This document shows positions 12,801 through 25,176 of a stretch of 64,000 bases of DNA, piece by piece. This DNA comes from Trypethelium eluteriae (taxonomy: Eukaryota): contig JAVECL010000035.1 in NCBI GenBank assembly GCA_051942245.1, forward strand, positions 1 through 64,000, given 5' to 3'. The notes under the pieces are model-generated. The model was not told where the DNA came from. It did no database searches and was given only the letters and a program-made list of their open reading frames with translations. The translations under genes and the position numbers were made by a program. Each line of letters starts with the position of its first letter. Position 1 is the stretch's first letter.

Positions 12801-15082
12801 TACCACCACCGTGGGATGGATGGAAATGCTTCGGAGAAAATCGACGATTGCGACTTGAAGGGCCGTGCACAAGGGCTGCGAGAGGTATGGCAAGTCGACC
12901 TGGGAAAGCTCTCCAGGCCTGAGTAGTTCATCTGACGGAAATAAGCTCTTTCCCTATGTTCTTGAAAGACTTAGACATACCAATCAGGTTCCAATGAGAT
13001 CCAAGGTTCTGGAAGTAAGTCTCCGCATTCAGAAGACTGTTTCTGAACATTGGAAATGCCATGAGTTCCCGGCCCATTCCAGCCCATTGAGCACCTTGGC
13101 CGGTGAAGACAAACCCAAGTTGTGGGTTGGTGAGCGGTTTGATGCCTTTGGACATCACTTGTGGCAGATCGCACAATCTAGTAAGAGAGTCCGCTACTAA
13201 GTAAGACCTCCAAGCGAATTTGCTCCGTCTTCTGGCCAAGGTATAAGCTAAAGATCGCATATACGATTCAATATCTTCTGTGAAGTTGCTAGCAAGGTTG
13301 GTAAAATACTTCTGATAGCTTTCACCGAGCCTCTCGATCCCCTGCTCATCTGCTGCAGAGAATATGAGAAGTCTGGATCTTTGAAGGCCTACAGGCTCTC
13401 CCATATACAGTGGGTCCTTGTCTAGATTGCGCGTTGGCACAAGCGAATGTGGCTTGTCAATCGTGCAGTGATTTCCAAGGCGGCCTTCGGCTGCAAGATA
13501 ATGGTATGCGTCGTCAATGACGACGTGGGAATTCGTGCCACCAAAGCCAAAAGAGTTCACTGATGCACGTCGTAAGCCATCCTGTGGCCAAAGCATAGCC
13601 TCTGTCGGAAACTTGCGCGGAGTCAGAAATGAGCAGTCTATAGCAGGATACCACTCACCTTCAGAAAGAGGTGTTCTGCATCGATCTTTGGATTCAAGGT
13701 CTCGAAGTTAGCATTCGGTGGTATCGTCCCCTTTTCTAAGACTAGAATGGTTTTAATCAGTCCTGCAACACCACTCGCGCCTTCTAGGTGACCGATATTT
13801 GATTTCAAAGCGCCGCTGTCTATCGGTCAGCTAGCATCTGCGACAAACCTCCACTGTGTCACGAACATGATCATAGGTTCAGCAAGAGACCGACAGCCTC
13901 TGAACGCTGTGCCAATAGCGCCTGCCTCAATCGGGTCGCCGATTGCCGTGCCAGTCCCTAGGGAGATTAGAATGCCGTGTGTCCAGTAGTCGTTAATGGG
14001 TTACTTGCCATGCGATTCAAAGAATCTCGTGAGGCTCATGTCGAGACCGGCTTTCCCATAAGTTTCTTTGATCAAATTTATCTGTGCTTCCTTGCTGGGT
14101 TGAGTGATGCCTGGGGTACGTCCATCCTGATTGGTGCCAGTGGAACGAACGACTGCTCTGATTGTGTCGCCGTCTGCGAGTGCCGCTTCAAGAGGCTTGA
14201 CAATGATGATCCCAAAACCCTCACCACGAGCATACCCATTCGCACGATGGTCGAAGCTATAGCTTCGGCTATCTTTGGACAGAAAGCTCATATTCGATAG
14301 TGTCGATAGCGTATCGATGCTATATAATAAGTTACAACCGCCTACGATGCCCTGGATCATAGTAAGTCCCAAAATCCTGATGACGAGTACCTAATACTTA
14401 CTAGAGTAGAGTCTCCACTCCACAAGCTTTGACAGGCTAGATCGAATGCCATCATACTACTCGAACATGCGGAGTCAAGATTGACGCTTGGGCCAGTAAG
14501 ATTAAAAAACCAGCTAAGACGATTTGCAAGCATGGATGCAGCGACTCCGGTTGCTGCATACCTGGGCGGTGCTTGAGGATCCTTGCAAAGAAGATTTTGA
14601 TAATCATTCGTGAAACATCCAGTGTGCACAGATGTCTTAGACCCTACGATAGATTCCAATGGCATACCCGCGTTCTCGAGGGCATGAAAAGTGGCTTCTA
14701 GCAACCCGCGCTGCATCGGTTCCATATCGGCAGCCTCTGCAGGTGTTATGGAGAAGAAAGGTGCGTCAAAGGCTGCGATATCCTCATTGATGAAGTGGCC
14801 GCCTCGGAACGGGATGCTATCTTTTCTGTTTATATCAGGGTTGTAGAATGAGTCGAGCTTCATTCTGTCTTCTGGGAAGTCCTTTGATGCACATTGCCGT
14901 CCCATCAACATTGACCAGAAGTTGTCACTTGAAGATGCGTCTCCTGGAAATTTGAGAGAAAAGCCGACGACTGCGAGTGGGGGGTAACATTTGCCTGTTT
15001 CTGCACTCAAGGGGGCTCCATCCAGAACGTGGTTGGCATCGTCATGATCGGATACATCGTCAATGATGAAATGAGGCGCCAT
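6807..15082 (-). CDS. Highly reducing iterative type I polyketide synthase (KS-AT-DH-cMT-ER-KR-ACP), multi-exon
   Basis: [69 protein letters not shown]. c[67 protein letters not shown]. Short GT-AG introns join the ORF pieces in frame where I checked (AT, DH, KR). Start ATG at 15082 (MAPHF). Confidence 0.97.
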
Positions 15083-16011
15083 TGCTTGTTGAGGAGAACG
15101 AAAGAGGTCCTTCGTTGACACTTTCTGATCAAAAGGTATCAAGTGAAACGAACATAAGGGTTACTTGTCTCAGCATCAAGCTAGTACCGAGAGACGAAGA
15201 AACGATCTGGAGTGCTCGTCATAGCGGAGGCCGTAATCAGTGAAGTGACGGCAAAGGCAAGTCCATCTCGCTAGTCATGCTGCCTTCCGATGTTGTTTCC
15301 CTGAAGATCGGAGCGGGAATAAGCCAGCAGATATGAGTGAAAGGTGACTACACTGTAGCCAAACAGGCAAATGCTTCCCTAGCTCGTCCATGGTGGCCAG
15401 AAAGTTGCTTTGTAGACTTTCGATATCTGGAAGTATCGTGGGACTCGGCAAATCGTGCCTAATTGTGATTGACTTGCATGACACGAGACTAGTAAATGCA
15501 GAGCGTGTGTCCCGTCCTCGTTGAGCGGACAGATTCAAGATGAGGTGAAGCTGGAAAAGTGGAGACAAGGGAGCTGAGGCAAAGGCAGGGAACCTAACGA
15601 GGTACGGGGCTGATGGCTCGTTCCGTCAGCCGCTCCGCCAGGGAGTTGCTAGCTCAGCCTACCCTGGCCAAGCTAGCATCGAATGTACACACTCTAATAT
15701 CAGAAGGAGACAATACCGCGCGACTTGCTTTTGTCATGCTCGTTTCTGTTACTGACATGCATGCAAGGCATTTGCATGCTCGTTGCTGGCGGCCCGCCGA
15801 TAGAGTACCTACACCGGGATCGTCTGTAGCCACTCCCTCCCTCCGCGTTGCCTCACGGCACGACACCAGTCTTCGGATTTGAGTTGAGTACATAAGTGGA
15901 CTGGCTGCATATAAAAATGAAACACCTCTGATACCAGTGCGCCAAGCCTCAGAAGCCTAATTCGCCGGTAGGACATTGTAGGCCTCGTCCTCGATAGAGT
16001 ACTCCGGGAAA

Positions 16012-16853
16012 ATGCGTTTCCTGTGCCTCCACGGTTCAGGCACCAATAGCCAGGTAGGTAAAAATACTTTCTGCACTCTTACAGAACGGATGCTAAACGT
16101 CGAACCCGAATTTGACAGATTTTCGAGGCGCAGACAGGTAAAACCCAAGCCGTTTGCTGCGTTCGAGTTGCTCGACAACGTTAATTAGATCATCAGCCGC
16201 CTTACGTTATGAGCTTGGCGACAACCATGTCTACGAATTCGTCGAGGGAACTCTGCCTTGTCCAATGGCACTAGGTATGATCTCAAGACTGTTGGTGGCT
16301 TCAGAGCTAATCGAAAACAGAAGCGAAAGCAATGTTCCCTGCTGATAGTGCTTGCTTCTCATACTATGATCCAAAAAACCCTTCAACTGTTCGGACCGCC
16401 CTCCATCAGCTAGACTCCTACATTGCTGCAGAGGGTCCCTTCGATGCGCTCATGGGTTTCTCACAAGGGGCAGTCCTTGCCGCGATGCACGTTATCCGCG
16501 AATCGGACAACTCAACCAGCTTGAGTACTCTTCCGAGATTCCAATGCGCAGTCTTCATTGCCGGAGCCGACCCTACAAGCTTTGATGAAATTGTGGTCGA
16601 TGGTGTCGAAAAGTTCTATAGCCGAGCTGACAGTCATGCCAAGCACATCACTATCCCCGTAGCACACATCTGGGGTCGCAATGATTGTGATGGTGCGGAC
16701 CAAAGCAGGCAACTGAGTAAGCTGTGTGACACACATTATGACAACACATTCGTGCATGATGGCGGACACGAGGTGCCGGGAACAGGTCCAGGAGTAATGG
16801 GTTCAGTTCGCGTCATTCGTCGAGCTATTGATCAAGCCCTGTTCTCGCAATAA
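16012..16853 (+). CDS. FSH1/DUF341 serine hydrolase (LovG-family trans-acting thioesterase/esterase)
   Basis: Exon 1 MRFLCLHGSGTNSQ; nucleophile motif EGPFDALMGFSQG; HIWGRND; HDGGHEVP. Transcribed divergently from the PKS. Confidence 0.93.
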
Positions 16854-17125
16854 ACACTTGAAAAGTCGCATTCAAACCACTGATCTGGTTCGGGTTCTAG
16901 TTAAGTCAACTGGAAGTGTCTCGTACGTAATTTTCTGTAGTGAGCTATATAGATGAAACCAGTGAAGCTCACTTCGTCATTGGTTACGGGTAACATGATA
17001 AGTGCAAAAGTAGTTTGTATCACAAAGTCGGATCCTATCTGGTGTCTTCAGATTGCTTCACTGGACCTGGCGAAACTATCATAATCTCGGCACAGTTATT
17101 CATCATGATATCACATCATTGAACT

Positions 17126-19066
17126 TCATGATGATCTTCTTTTGATAATTAATAACGTGCAGGCAAACTGCGCTGCCGTAAATCCAATAACAACTTTCAT
17201 CTGTAAGTTGTATGCATCCGCAAATACGCCTCTGACCTCATTCTGAATACTCTTGGGTAAATTGTCGATACTCACTGCGCTTCTCAAGATATCGATGAGC
17301 ATGTTTTTGGAAACCTGCCTTGCTAAATGTGAGCGGATATATGCGTTCATCACACCTGTAACGATTGCAAGACCAACAGCGCCCCCGAGCGCCCGCAACT
17401 GATATACGGCACCCATAGCAACCGCTAGTTGATAGTGAGCTACAACATAGCATTAACCAATTGACCAGTCACTTACATTGATCTCGGAACTCGACATTCA
17501 GAGGTACTAGTAAGAGCAGTGTTGTTATACTGATTCCAAGTCCTACTCCCAGGACGACCTCGTATCCGTATTCTGCGTGGGCTATGCTCAGTCCGCTAGG
17601 TAACACTGATAACAATGTTGCTCCAGTTATCTGTAATGCTGCCGCAAAAAGTAGAATGAAAGCCAATGGGATCTTGGTTTTAGCTAGTAACGACGCAGTA
17701 AATGAGCCAAACGGAGAACTAAAGACTAGAGGAAGGAGGCGAATTCCAGCTTGGAGAGGAGACAGGCCATTGGCCGCTTGAAATCGTTGAGGTATCAGGA
17801 CGATTGATATTGTATACGGTGCACCAGCAAGGAAGGTGTTTCTCTGGTAGTTAGTAAGGGTTTTTCCGACCTTGAAGACAACTTACAATAACATGCCGAC
17901 AAAAGCACGGTTCTTCAGAAACCTTGACGGAAATACAGGTTGTTGTGTTGTCTTGCGTTGGGTTGTATACCATTCCCAGGCAAAGAAAGCAATCCAGAGA
18001 AGGCCAGATATCGTGATGCAGGCGATTACCAAGGCCGAAGACCACGGAAATTCCGTTCCTGCCTCTTCGAAGCCTACTACAGTTAGCACAGAGGCGGCAA
18101 GGAGAAGTAGTACACCAAGATAGTCTATTCTCTGTAGTTTTGAACGCCAGTGTCCTTGTGTCCGGCTGAATCCAGGATGTCCGCCCTGAAAGGGAAATTC
18201 CGCTGGCAGTGCAAGGAGTAAGAGACAACCCGCAATGATGCCTCCGGGGACGCTAGACGGCCAAATTTAGTATACGACCGTCGCTTTTTCTGGGGATTCG
18301 GGACGAACTTGAGGAGAAATACCCATCTCCACGTTGTGTCAGAACTGATGGCCCCTCCAACAACGGGTCCTACAGAATATGAGATAGCAAACACAATGGA
18401 TGCCATGCCGAGGTACTTGGGAAATTTTGGAGGAGGCACCAGTTCAAAACACATGACGGTGGATACCGAAAATGTGCCGGAGCCTCCTATTCCTTGGATG
18501 GCACGGAACACGATACTGAAAGCGTATCAGTAAGCTTCTGGAATCAGACAGGATGACTATACAGTTCCATAATATTTTGCGAGGCTCCACAAGCTCCCGA
18601 AAATACGACGAAGATGAGTATAGCAACACAGAGAACGGTTCTGCGGCCATAGATATCACTGAGCTTGGCCCAGATGATGAAGCATGCTGTTTCGGTTCAG
18701 AGTCCGTACAACGACCTTGGAGACGGTAGCTCACCAGTATAAGCGACTAGATAAGCGGTAATTATCCAATTGCTTCGGCTAAAGCTTCGCAAGTCATTGG
18801 TTATGCCTACCAACGCGGAGCTTACAATGGAAACTTCGAAATTGGCCAGGAAGAGTCCTAGAAACAGGCTGCCAGATACCATCAGTTAAGCTATCATGGA
18901 TTCAGTAAGCTGCTTACGCTGTGGTCGAAATGTGAAGTCTCCATCCTCGTAGATAGTTAAAAGGTACTGGCCTCGGTGGTTCGGGCGCATTTTTCGTGAC
19001 TTCATGAGGCATATTCGCAGTTTGGACTGGCACATTACTCTTTTCCAGAGATTGATTTGCTTCCAT
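17126..19066 (-). CDS. MFS efflux transporter (DHA2 / 14-TMS type), multi-exon
   Basis: YLRGWRLH; LFLGLFLANFEVSIVSSALVGITNDL; WIITAYLVAY; FRAIQGIGGSG; GPVVGGAISSDTTWRWVFL; QLRALGGAVGLAI. Confidence 0.92.
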
Positions 19067-20853
19067 ATTAATGGCGCTATTAGTCTTCTCACGGTGTGAT
19101 ATGAAAAATCTTGAGAACAATGTTCGAAAAGAGAATCACAGTTGGAAGCCAATACTCCTCGCTCGCCAACGCATTCTCATCACAGGGAATCAGCAGGAAT
19201 CCAAGATCAGACTCTCCTGAGCTATAGCCTACAGGCGACGATCACCAATGCAGTCGCCTGGATGACCTGATCGGGATGGCTTGCGGTAATGCAGGTTCTG
19301 CAGACAGCACCAGCCTACCATGGATGTGCGGTCAGCTTGCACTATAGGGCAAGTAAGACCCTACGAAGCGCGTTCGCAAAGTTTCTGCATTTCAGGCTCA
19401 CTGCCCATCTGTGGAAGCATCCAAAGGTAATCCGCAGCGGCAAGACGTTGAACGGGATAGAAAGCGCTATATCTTGCCAAGCAGAAATGATATGATTCTG
19501 CACCTTTGCTGTTGGTGCTTTATCAAGAGCGTTCCGTCCCGTACCCGTTCCGTGTCACACGTTGCATATATCGGTCGATAGCTTTTCGAACCTCCTCGCA
19601 AGCGTGGTAGGGTGCAGGGGTAGTGAGAATGCAAAGACGGACTTTGCGGGAAGACAAGGACCCATGAGATCACCGTGCGAAGCGTGGGGCCCGCTCTTAG
19701 ACTTCGTAAGCGGAAGACAAATTGTTGGTGGCGTTCTAGCAATGCCTGAGATTGGAAGCTAATTGTGGAGCATGACCGTAGGCAGATTGATTGAACTTTG
19801 CTTTCCCTACAGTCGTCTACGCACCTACGATTGCGGCGATAGGGTTCAGGGTCAACGCGGACTCGAGCTGCACCTACCCAGGAAAATTTTGGATACCCAC
19901 TTTATCCCGGATTATGATTTGCATCTGGCAGTCCAACTTCAGCTGAAACGCTTTGACAGGGGTTAGCGACGCGAGCAGAGGCAAAAATGGGACACGATCG
20001 GCATGGAACTTCGCACTATTGGCGCAATCACACCTTTAGATTTGAAAGAATATCTTCACCTCACTGCTGCCTGTATTGCAGGTGGTTGCTATTCTGCGCC
20101 GCAATCATTTACGTGCAAGCACCTGCCTAATCAATGGTGAATCTTCTATGCCTAGATGTGGGACCGCGCCGCACTCTTGCAGGCAATTGCGTATTGACTT
20201 ACGTAGGTATGAATGCAATAAACTGCGCCGCAGGAAGATTGGTCGTCCTCCAATCGGGCCGTTCTCCATCCTCGCAGCACTTCTATCGATTCTCATCAGA
20301 GACAAGCAGGGTAGGATCTCTTGAAGCGCTATTCTTTTTGGGTGCCTCGGCTCCTGTCTTCTACGCAGTCAAACAGGCAGAATATCATGGGACGGACATT
20401 GTTACTCGTTTATGCTCCAAACCAATCTTTACGCAAGATTGAAACGAAAGTTCAGCGGCTGCTCAAGCATGCCGCATGATCAGCTGGATTGCTGCATCTT
20501 GGATTACGGCAGCACCCTATCATGGGTCTTCCTCGGAGACAGTACCCTTCGACACACAGTTTATTACCTGTCCGTTATTCGTCTACCTGCTTTGCAGCCT
20601 GTTCCGTGCCACACCACAAACCTGCGAAGTGAGGTAATGGCCTGTTGCCACGGTGTTGGGAACCTATTGGAGTGCTTTCTCGGTAGATCGCTTAGGCCGA
20701 TGAGACACAACCAATCAACCGACCTGTCGTAATTTGCGTGGCATATAGCTCGGATTGAGAGCTTGCCGCGTTCTTTTCATGGTCAGAAGCTGCGGCTGTA
20801 TTTCCATGGGTCTGCTGTTGCCCTCCGTATAGCATTCCCCGCCTGTCCTCACC

Positions 20854-22115
20854 ATGATTTCTTCTAACTCAACGGCAGCCTTCACGGTAACCATTGTGTT
20901 TGATATACTGGCTGCCGTTGCCGTTGTCATTCGTTTGGTCACAAGAGCTCTTATTAGGGCGAAATATGGCCTCGATGACTGGTTCGTTCTATTCGCGTTG
21001 GTTTGTCTATGGATTTGCGCTGCGATGAATATTTGGGGTAAGCAAGATCAAAATCTGAACTCTCTGGGGATGATATTGAGATGAAACAGGCATGGTTGCT
21101 GGCGGTGGAGCTCAGGATCTAGATCACAATCCAATTCAATACTATGATCAGTTGCAGCTATTCCTCAAGGTACATAAGCCGAAATGAATTGCAGACTCTC
21201 ATTAACATAAGCCATAGTCAACTTTCATCAGCGCACCTTTCTATGTCGCTGTCCTTACTTTTGCAAGGCTTTCGATTACTGCGCTATATCGACGTGTGTT
21301 CGCAATCACCAAATTTACACGAATCAGTTACGTTGTGGATGCTGTCACTATTAGTTGGGGTATCGTCGGCGTCTTCGTAAATGTTTTCGGATGCACGCCT
21401 GTCGACTTTTTTTGGAAACCAAAGAGCAAAGGGTCCTGCATCTCTGGATTCAATACATTCCTGCTAATTCACGAGATCTGGGATATACTTCTAGATGCGA
21501 CCATTCTTTCCATGCCCATTCGGATGGTTATGAAACTGCAAATGGCTTTACGTACAAGGTTGTTGGTGTGCGGAGTCTTTCTTCTGGGAGCCTTGTATGT
21601 CCTGTCTCTTCCTTGCTCTTTCACACACGCATATCGACACGCATGAGCTTTACTGATAGTCAATAGTGTCGTGATAACGAACATTGTTCGACTGATATTC
21701 GTGTACTCTTCTAGCGGAACCTATGGTACGTCACCTTCTCAACGTTAGAACTGGACTTGGGTTAACGATCTCTTGTCAAGTTGACTTTACCGAGTCCGCG
21801 ATTTGGTCAATCATACATGCCAGTACTGCCGTAATTTGTGCTTGCTTACCTACTTATAAGCCCCTGTTCCCCAAGATCGCGTCGTTTTCGCGCAGCGTCC
21901 AAAAGAGATATGGCTACCTCATGGGTACCCGCAGTAGCAGGAAATTAGTGTCTCAAGGCAGCACTGGCCCAAGACCGCAATATATTGAAATGAACGGGAA
22001 GGAGAACAGCAAAGCCACAACGAAACCCCAGACAGCTTCGGATTCAGCGGAGCGCATCATCGATCAGTATTCATTGGACCGCACGGATAGTAGGAAAACC
22101 GCCGAATTTGTGTAG
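20854..22115 (+). CDS. PTH11-like (fungal rhodopsin-domain, no CFEM) integral membrane protein
   Basis: AVVIRLVTR...YGLDDWF; FGCTPVDFFW; DILLDATILSMPIRMVMKLQM; WSIIHASTAVICACLPT. Short introns are present. Confidence 0.9.
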
Positions 22116-22521
22116 GACCCTACATTCACAGTAAATGAAGTCTTTATCTAGTGTAGAGTTCGGATTCGATTTATAGAACTTTTATAGGCGATATCTCATA
22201 TCACTTTGGAAATCCCACTTTAAAGTGTGACTTTAAACATAGATTAAATAGGCTGCCTACAGTTCCGAGTTCCTTCATACCTAGGCTTGCTCTATATCTA
22301 AGACTCGGCAAAGCAATTGGACGGGAATAACGTGCATAAGTCGAAATCGACGAGCAGCCGGGCAGCGTCCGAGCTGTTGGTTCCGTTCATCTGGAGTACT
22401 GGCAGTAGCCCTTTGACTCCGCATTCCACTCCGCACCCTTCATTCTCTTCTCCTTCGACTTGACGACCGCGCTTCTTCCAATCCTTGTCAGATTCTATCA
22501 TAGCTCCGTATTACAAGAAGC

Positions 22522-23890
22522 ATGCCTCTACAAGTAGCTATTGTAGGTTTGGCTTTAGTACCGTGCCTGTTGACGACCGTCGGCTAAAAATTTTCCGCAA
22601 CGCAGGTGGGGGGTTCATCCGCAGGTCTCATGCACGGCGTAATGGCGAAAAGATTGGGCCACGATGTTCATATTTTTGAGCAGTATCCGTCTTCAACCCG
22701 TGAAGGCCAAGCTGCGGGCATCAGTACAGGAGCACATACGCAAAAATTCCTAGAGAGATACGATCTCTGTTCCGAACCTTCCTACGTGAGTGCTTCGACG
22801 CTCCGCGTCCTGGATTACAATTTCGACGAAAAGATTACCAGAAAGATACAATTCAGAATGACCAGCTGGAACACTCTTTATTATCGTCTCAGAGCAAATT
22901 TCGATGGACTAAGCAGTCCCTACGTCTTAGTCCCCCCTAAATCCTTGGAAAGCGACGGGAGAGCAACCTACAACACCGGCAAGCGTGTGACCGACGTTGC
23001 TAGCAACGATGCTCGCGACGGAATTAACGTTAAATTTGAAGACGTGGCGGATGGTAATGGTGGTGTTTTTGAGGCTGACATGGTCATAGCAGCGGATGGT
23101 GCCAACTCTAGCATTCGCCAGCTACTCTTACCTCAGGTACAGCGCCAGTATGCCGGTTACGTCACCTGGCGTGCCACCATTCCAGAATCAAGGTTGTCCC
23201 AAAGCACACTCAACGCTTTTCAGGACGCATCTACTGTATATTATACTAAGACAAGCTACGTTGTTGTGTAAGGACCTGGTTCGATGAGATCCCCAGCCAT
23301 TCTGACAAGTGAGCAGATATAGTATACCGGGAGATAATGGCGACTTGAGGCCAGGCAAGCGCCATGTAAACTTTGTCTGGTACTACAACTGTTCAGCACA
23401 CTCTGAAGAGTTCTCAGACATCATGACCGATATTGATGGTCATTGCCATGTTCGCACCCTGCCGCCAGGAAAGATGAGACCTGAGGTTTGGACTAGGCAG
23501 CGCGCACGCGGCGAGCAAGAACTGGGGTTTCAATTCAAGGAAATCCTCGCAAACATTGACTCTCCCTTCATCACCGCGATTAGCGACTATAGAGTTCCTC
23601 GGGCGTCTTTCTTTGGAGGCAAGGTGGTCTTAGTCGGCGATGCGTTAGCTCTTTTCCGTCCGCACAACGCACAAAGCACTGCGCAAGCAGCCATCGATTG
23701 TACTTTATTGGAGCAAGTCTTGAAAGGAGAAATGGACGTTTCAGACTGGGAACAAGAGGTTTTGCAGTATGCTCATCGCACAGGGCTGGCAAGTAACTGC
23801 ATTGGAGCCTGGTATCTCCGAGGTTATCTCAGTTGGCTGTACTACAAGGTGCGGAGTTGGATTTCTGAGAACACTGGATATTTGGTATGA
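22522..23890 (+). CDS. FAD-dependent monooxygenase (group A, 2,6-dihydroxypyridine 3-monooxygenase-like)
   Basis: Spliced N-terminus MPLQVAI|VGGSSAGLMHG (Rossmann fold); DMVIAADGANSSIR; YAGYVTWR; VVLVGDALALFRPH. Confidence 0.9.
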
Positions 23891-23987
23891 GGATTCAATG
23901 TTGGATGTAGTCTGAAATTGTGAATAGCACTTAGCGAAGGAGCTATCTTCAAGGTCTTCGGAACCTGCCGGCGGTGGAGTCTGTTAA

Positions 23988-24141
23988 GAACTCTGACTTC
24001 GATGAATGTCCTGGGCACAATTTTGGCTGTGTCAACATAGTCGTTCGCCCGCTTGGAGACCTACAGCGCCAATGCTACTAAACCTAAAATAGCATTAGTA
24101 GTTTCTACAGCAGCAAAAGCAGTCTTTGCTATGTTGCTTGT
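23988..24141 (-). pseudogene. Truncated copy of the first ~51 codons of the NLR gene
   Basis: Reads TSNIAKTAFAAVETTNAILGLVALAL*VSKRANDYVDTAKIVPRTFIEVRV versus MSNMAETALAAVEATDAILGLVELAVKVAKRVNNYVDTAKNVPKTFIEIRV. Both ATGs are lost and there is an internal TAG. Confidence 0.9.
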
Positions 24142-24892
24142 TTCATTTGTCATAAGTGCGTGTAACTGCTAGAAAGAATAGAATAGAGAGCGAAAAATCT
24201 ATCAAAGGAGTTTAGTGTCTGCCTCAGATGATAGCGAGAGTAATCTACACACGCTTCAGGATCGCGTCGCCAGGGGTCGGGCACGCGGGGCAAAAGTTCT
24301 TACGAAGCTAAGCTACAGAGTAATTAGGACAAGGTTCGTTTCATCCTAATTACCACCTTCATCTTGCGGTTTCTATCTCTTCTCACCCTCGGGTGGTCCC
24401 TTTCGCGCTTCTTGCCTCTACTACCTAGTACTTTGGCGCAAGCCTCCAAGTCCGTCTATACCTCTATCGGCTATAAGCGGCAAGACACTTTATGACACTA
24501 ACACTTCACCTTACATCGGCAGGACCACCTTCCCTCCTCTAATCGTCTACTTGAATGCCTTAGTCTCCGTTCGCGAAATCGACCTCACCGTCACCGATCC
24601 CGCCGCCAAAGCTAATCTCGACGCGCAAATCCTTCAAATCCCCGAATTTAGCTTCGGTGTCGACGCCCCCATCGACGAACTCGACGTCCCCATCCAAAAC
24701 GTGCCTCCAAAATCCCTCATTTGGGCTAATTGTTACAAGCTTGAGCTTGGAGCGGATGGGGGTATCGCTGAGGTGAGGCCGAATAGCGAAGAGACGGGTG
24801 GTGGACGTAGTACGATCGGAGGAGATCAGTGTGTGGCGACTTAGGGTTGCTGCCGATCCGAGAATGGAAGTGAGCAAGAAGAATTTTTCATT
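23988..24892. repeat. Right copy of the diverged direct repeat
   Basis: Matches 4573-5366 with indels. Over the 51 NLR codons I count 26 mismatches in 153 nt (about 83% identity). Confidence 0.92.
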
Positions 24893-25036
24893 GTGTTCTA
24901 TCAAGCTATCCTGCGATTTAGGCAACAAGAGCGAACGGTATTTAATAGAGCTCGCCACTTCGTCGATCAGGGTCCGTCGCGGTCTTGAGACATTCCTCCT
25001 CCAGGTTGCATTAACATATGGGAAATTCTTGAAATG
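24430..25036 (-). pseudogene. Decayed gene of unknown family
   Basis: Open minus-strand frame (…TLIDEVASSIKYRSLL…GDLKDLRVEISFGGGIGDGEVDFANGD), then several stops. Many differences from the left-copy homologue (KFRDLKNSRVEISVGGKIGDGGVDFANG) are synonymous in this frame. Confidence 0.55.
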
Positions 25037-25176
25037 CTTTTACATTACTTCGGTGCAGACCTTGAGGTGAGCTACGGCTATAGTAACATTCAGTCGATCT
25101 CGTCTGTTAGGTAATTTCAAGGTAAATTGACGAGGGAGCGAGCAGTCCTGGTTCAGCGTTGACGGCAACATTCTCA

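Noticed and set aside
19150..20800. Possible transcription factor or extra cluster gene between the MFS and PTH11-like genes
   Set aside because: Only short unrelated ORFs; no Zn2Cys6 or other recognisable motif in the frames I read.
24551..24844. Plus-strand 97-aa ORF (MNALVSVREIDLTVTD...)
   Set aside because: It is the antisense shadow of the longer minus-strand frame; substitutions against the left repeat copy are silent in the minus frame and not in this one.
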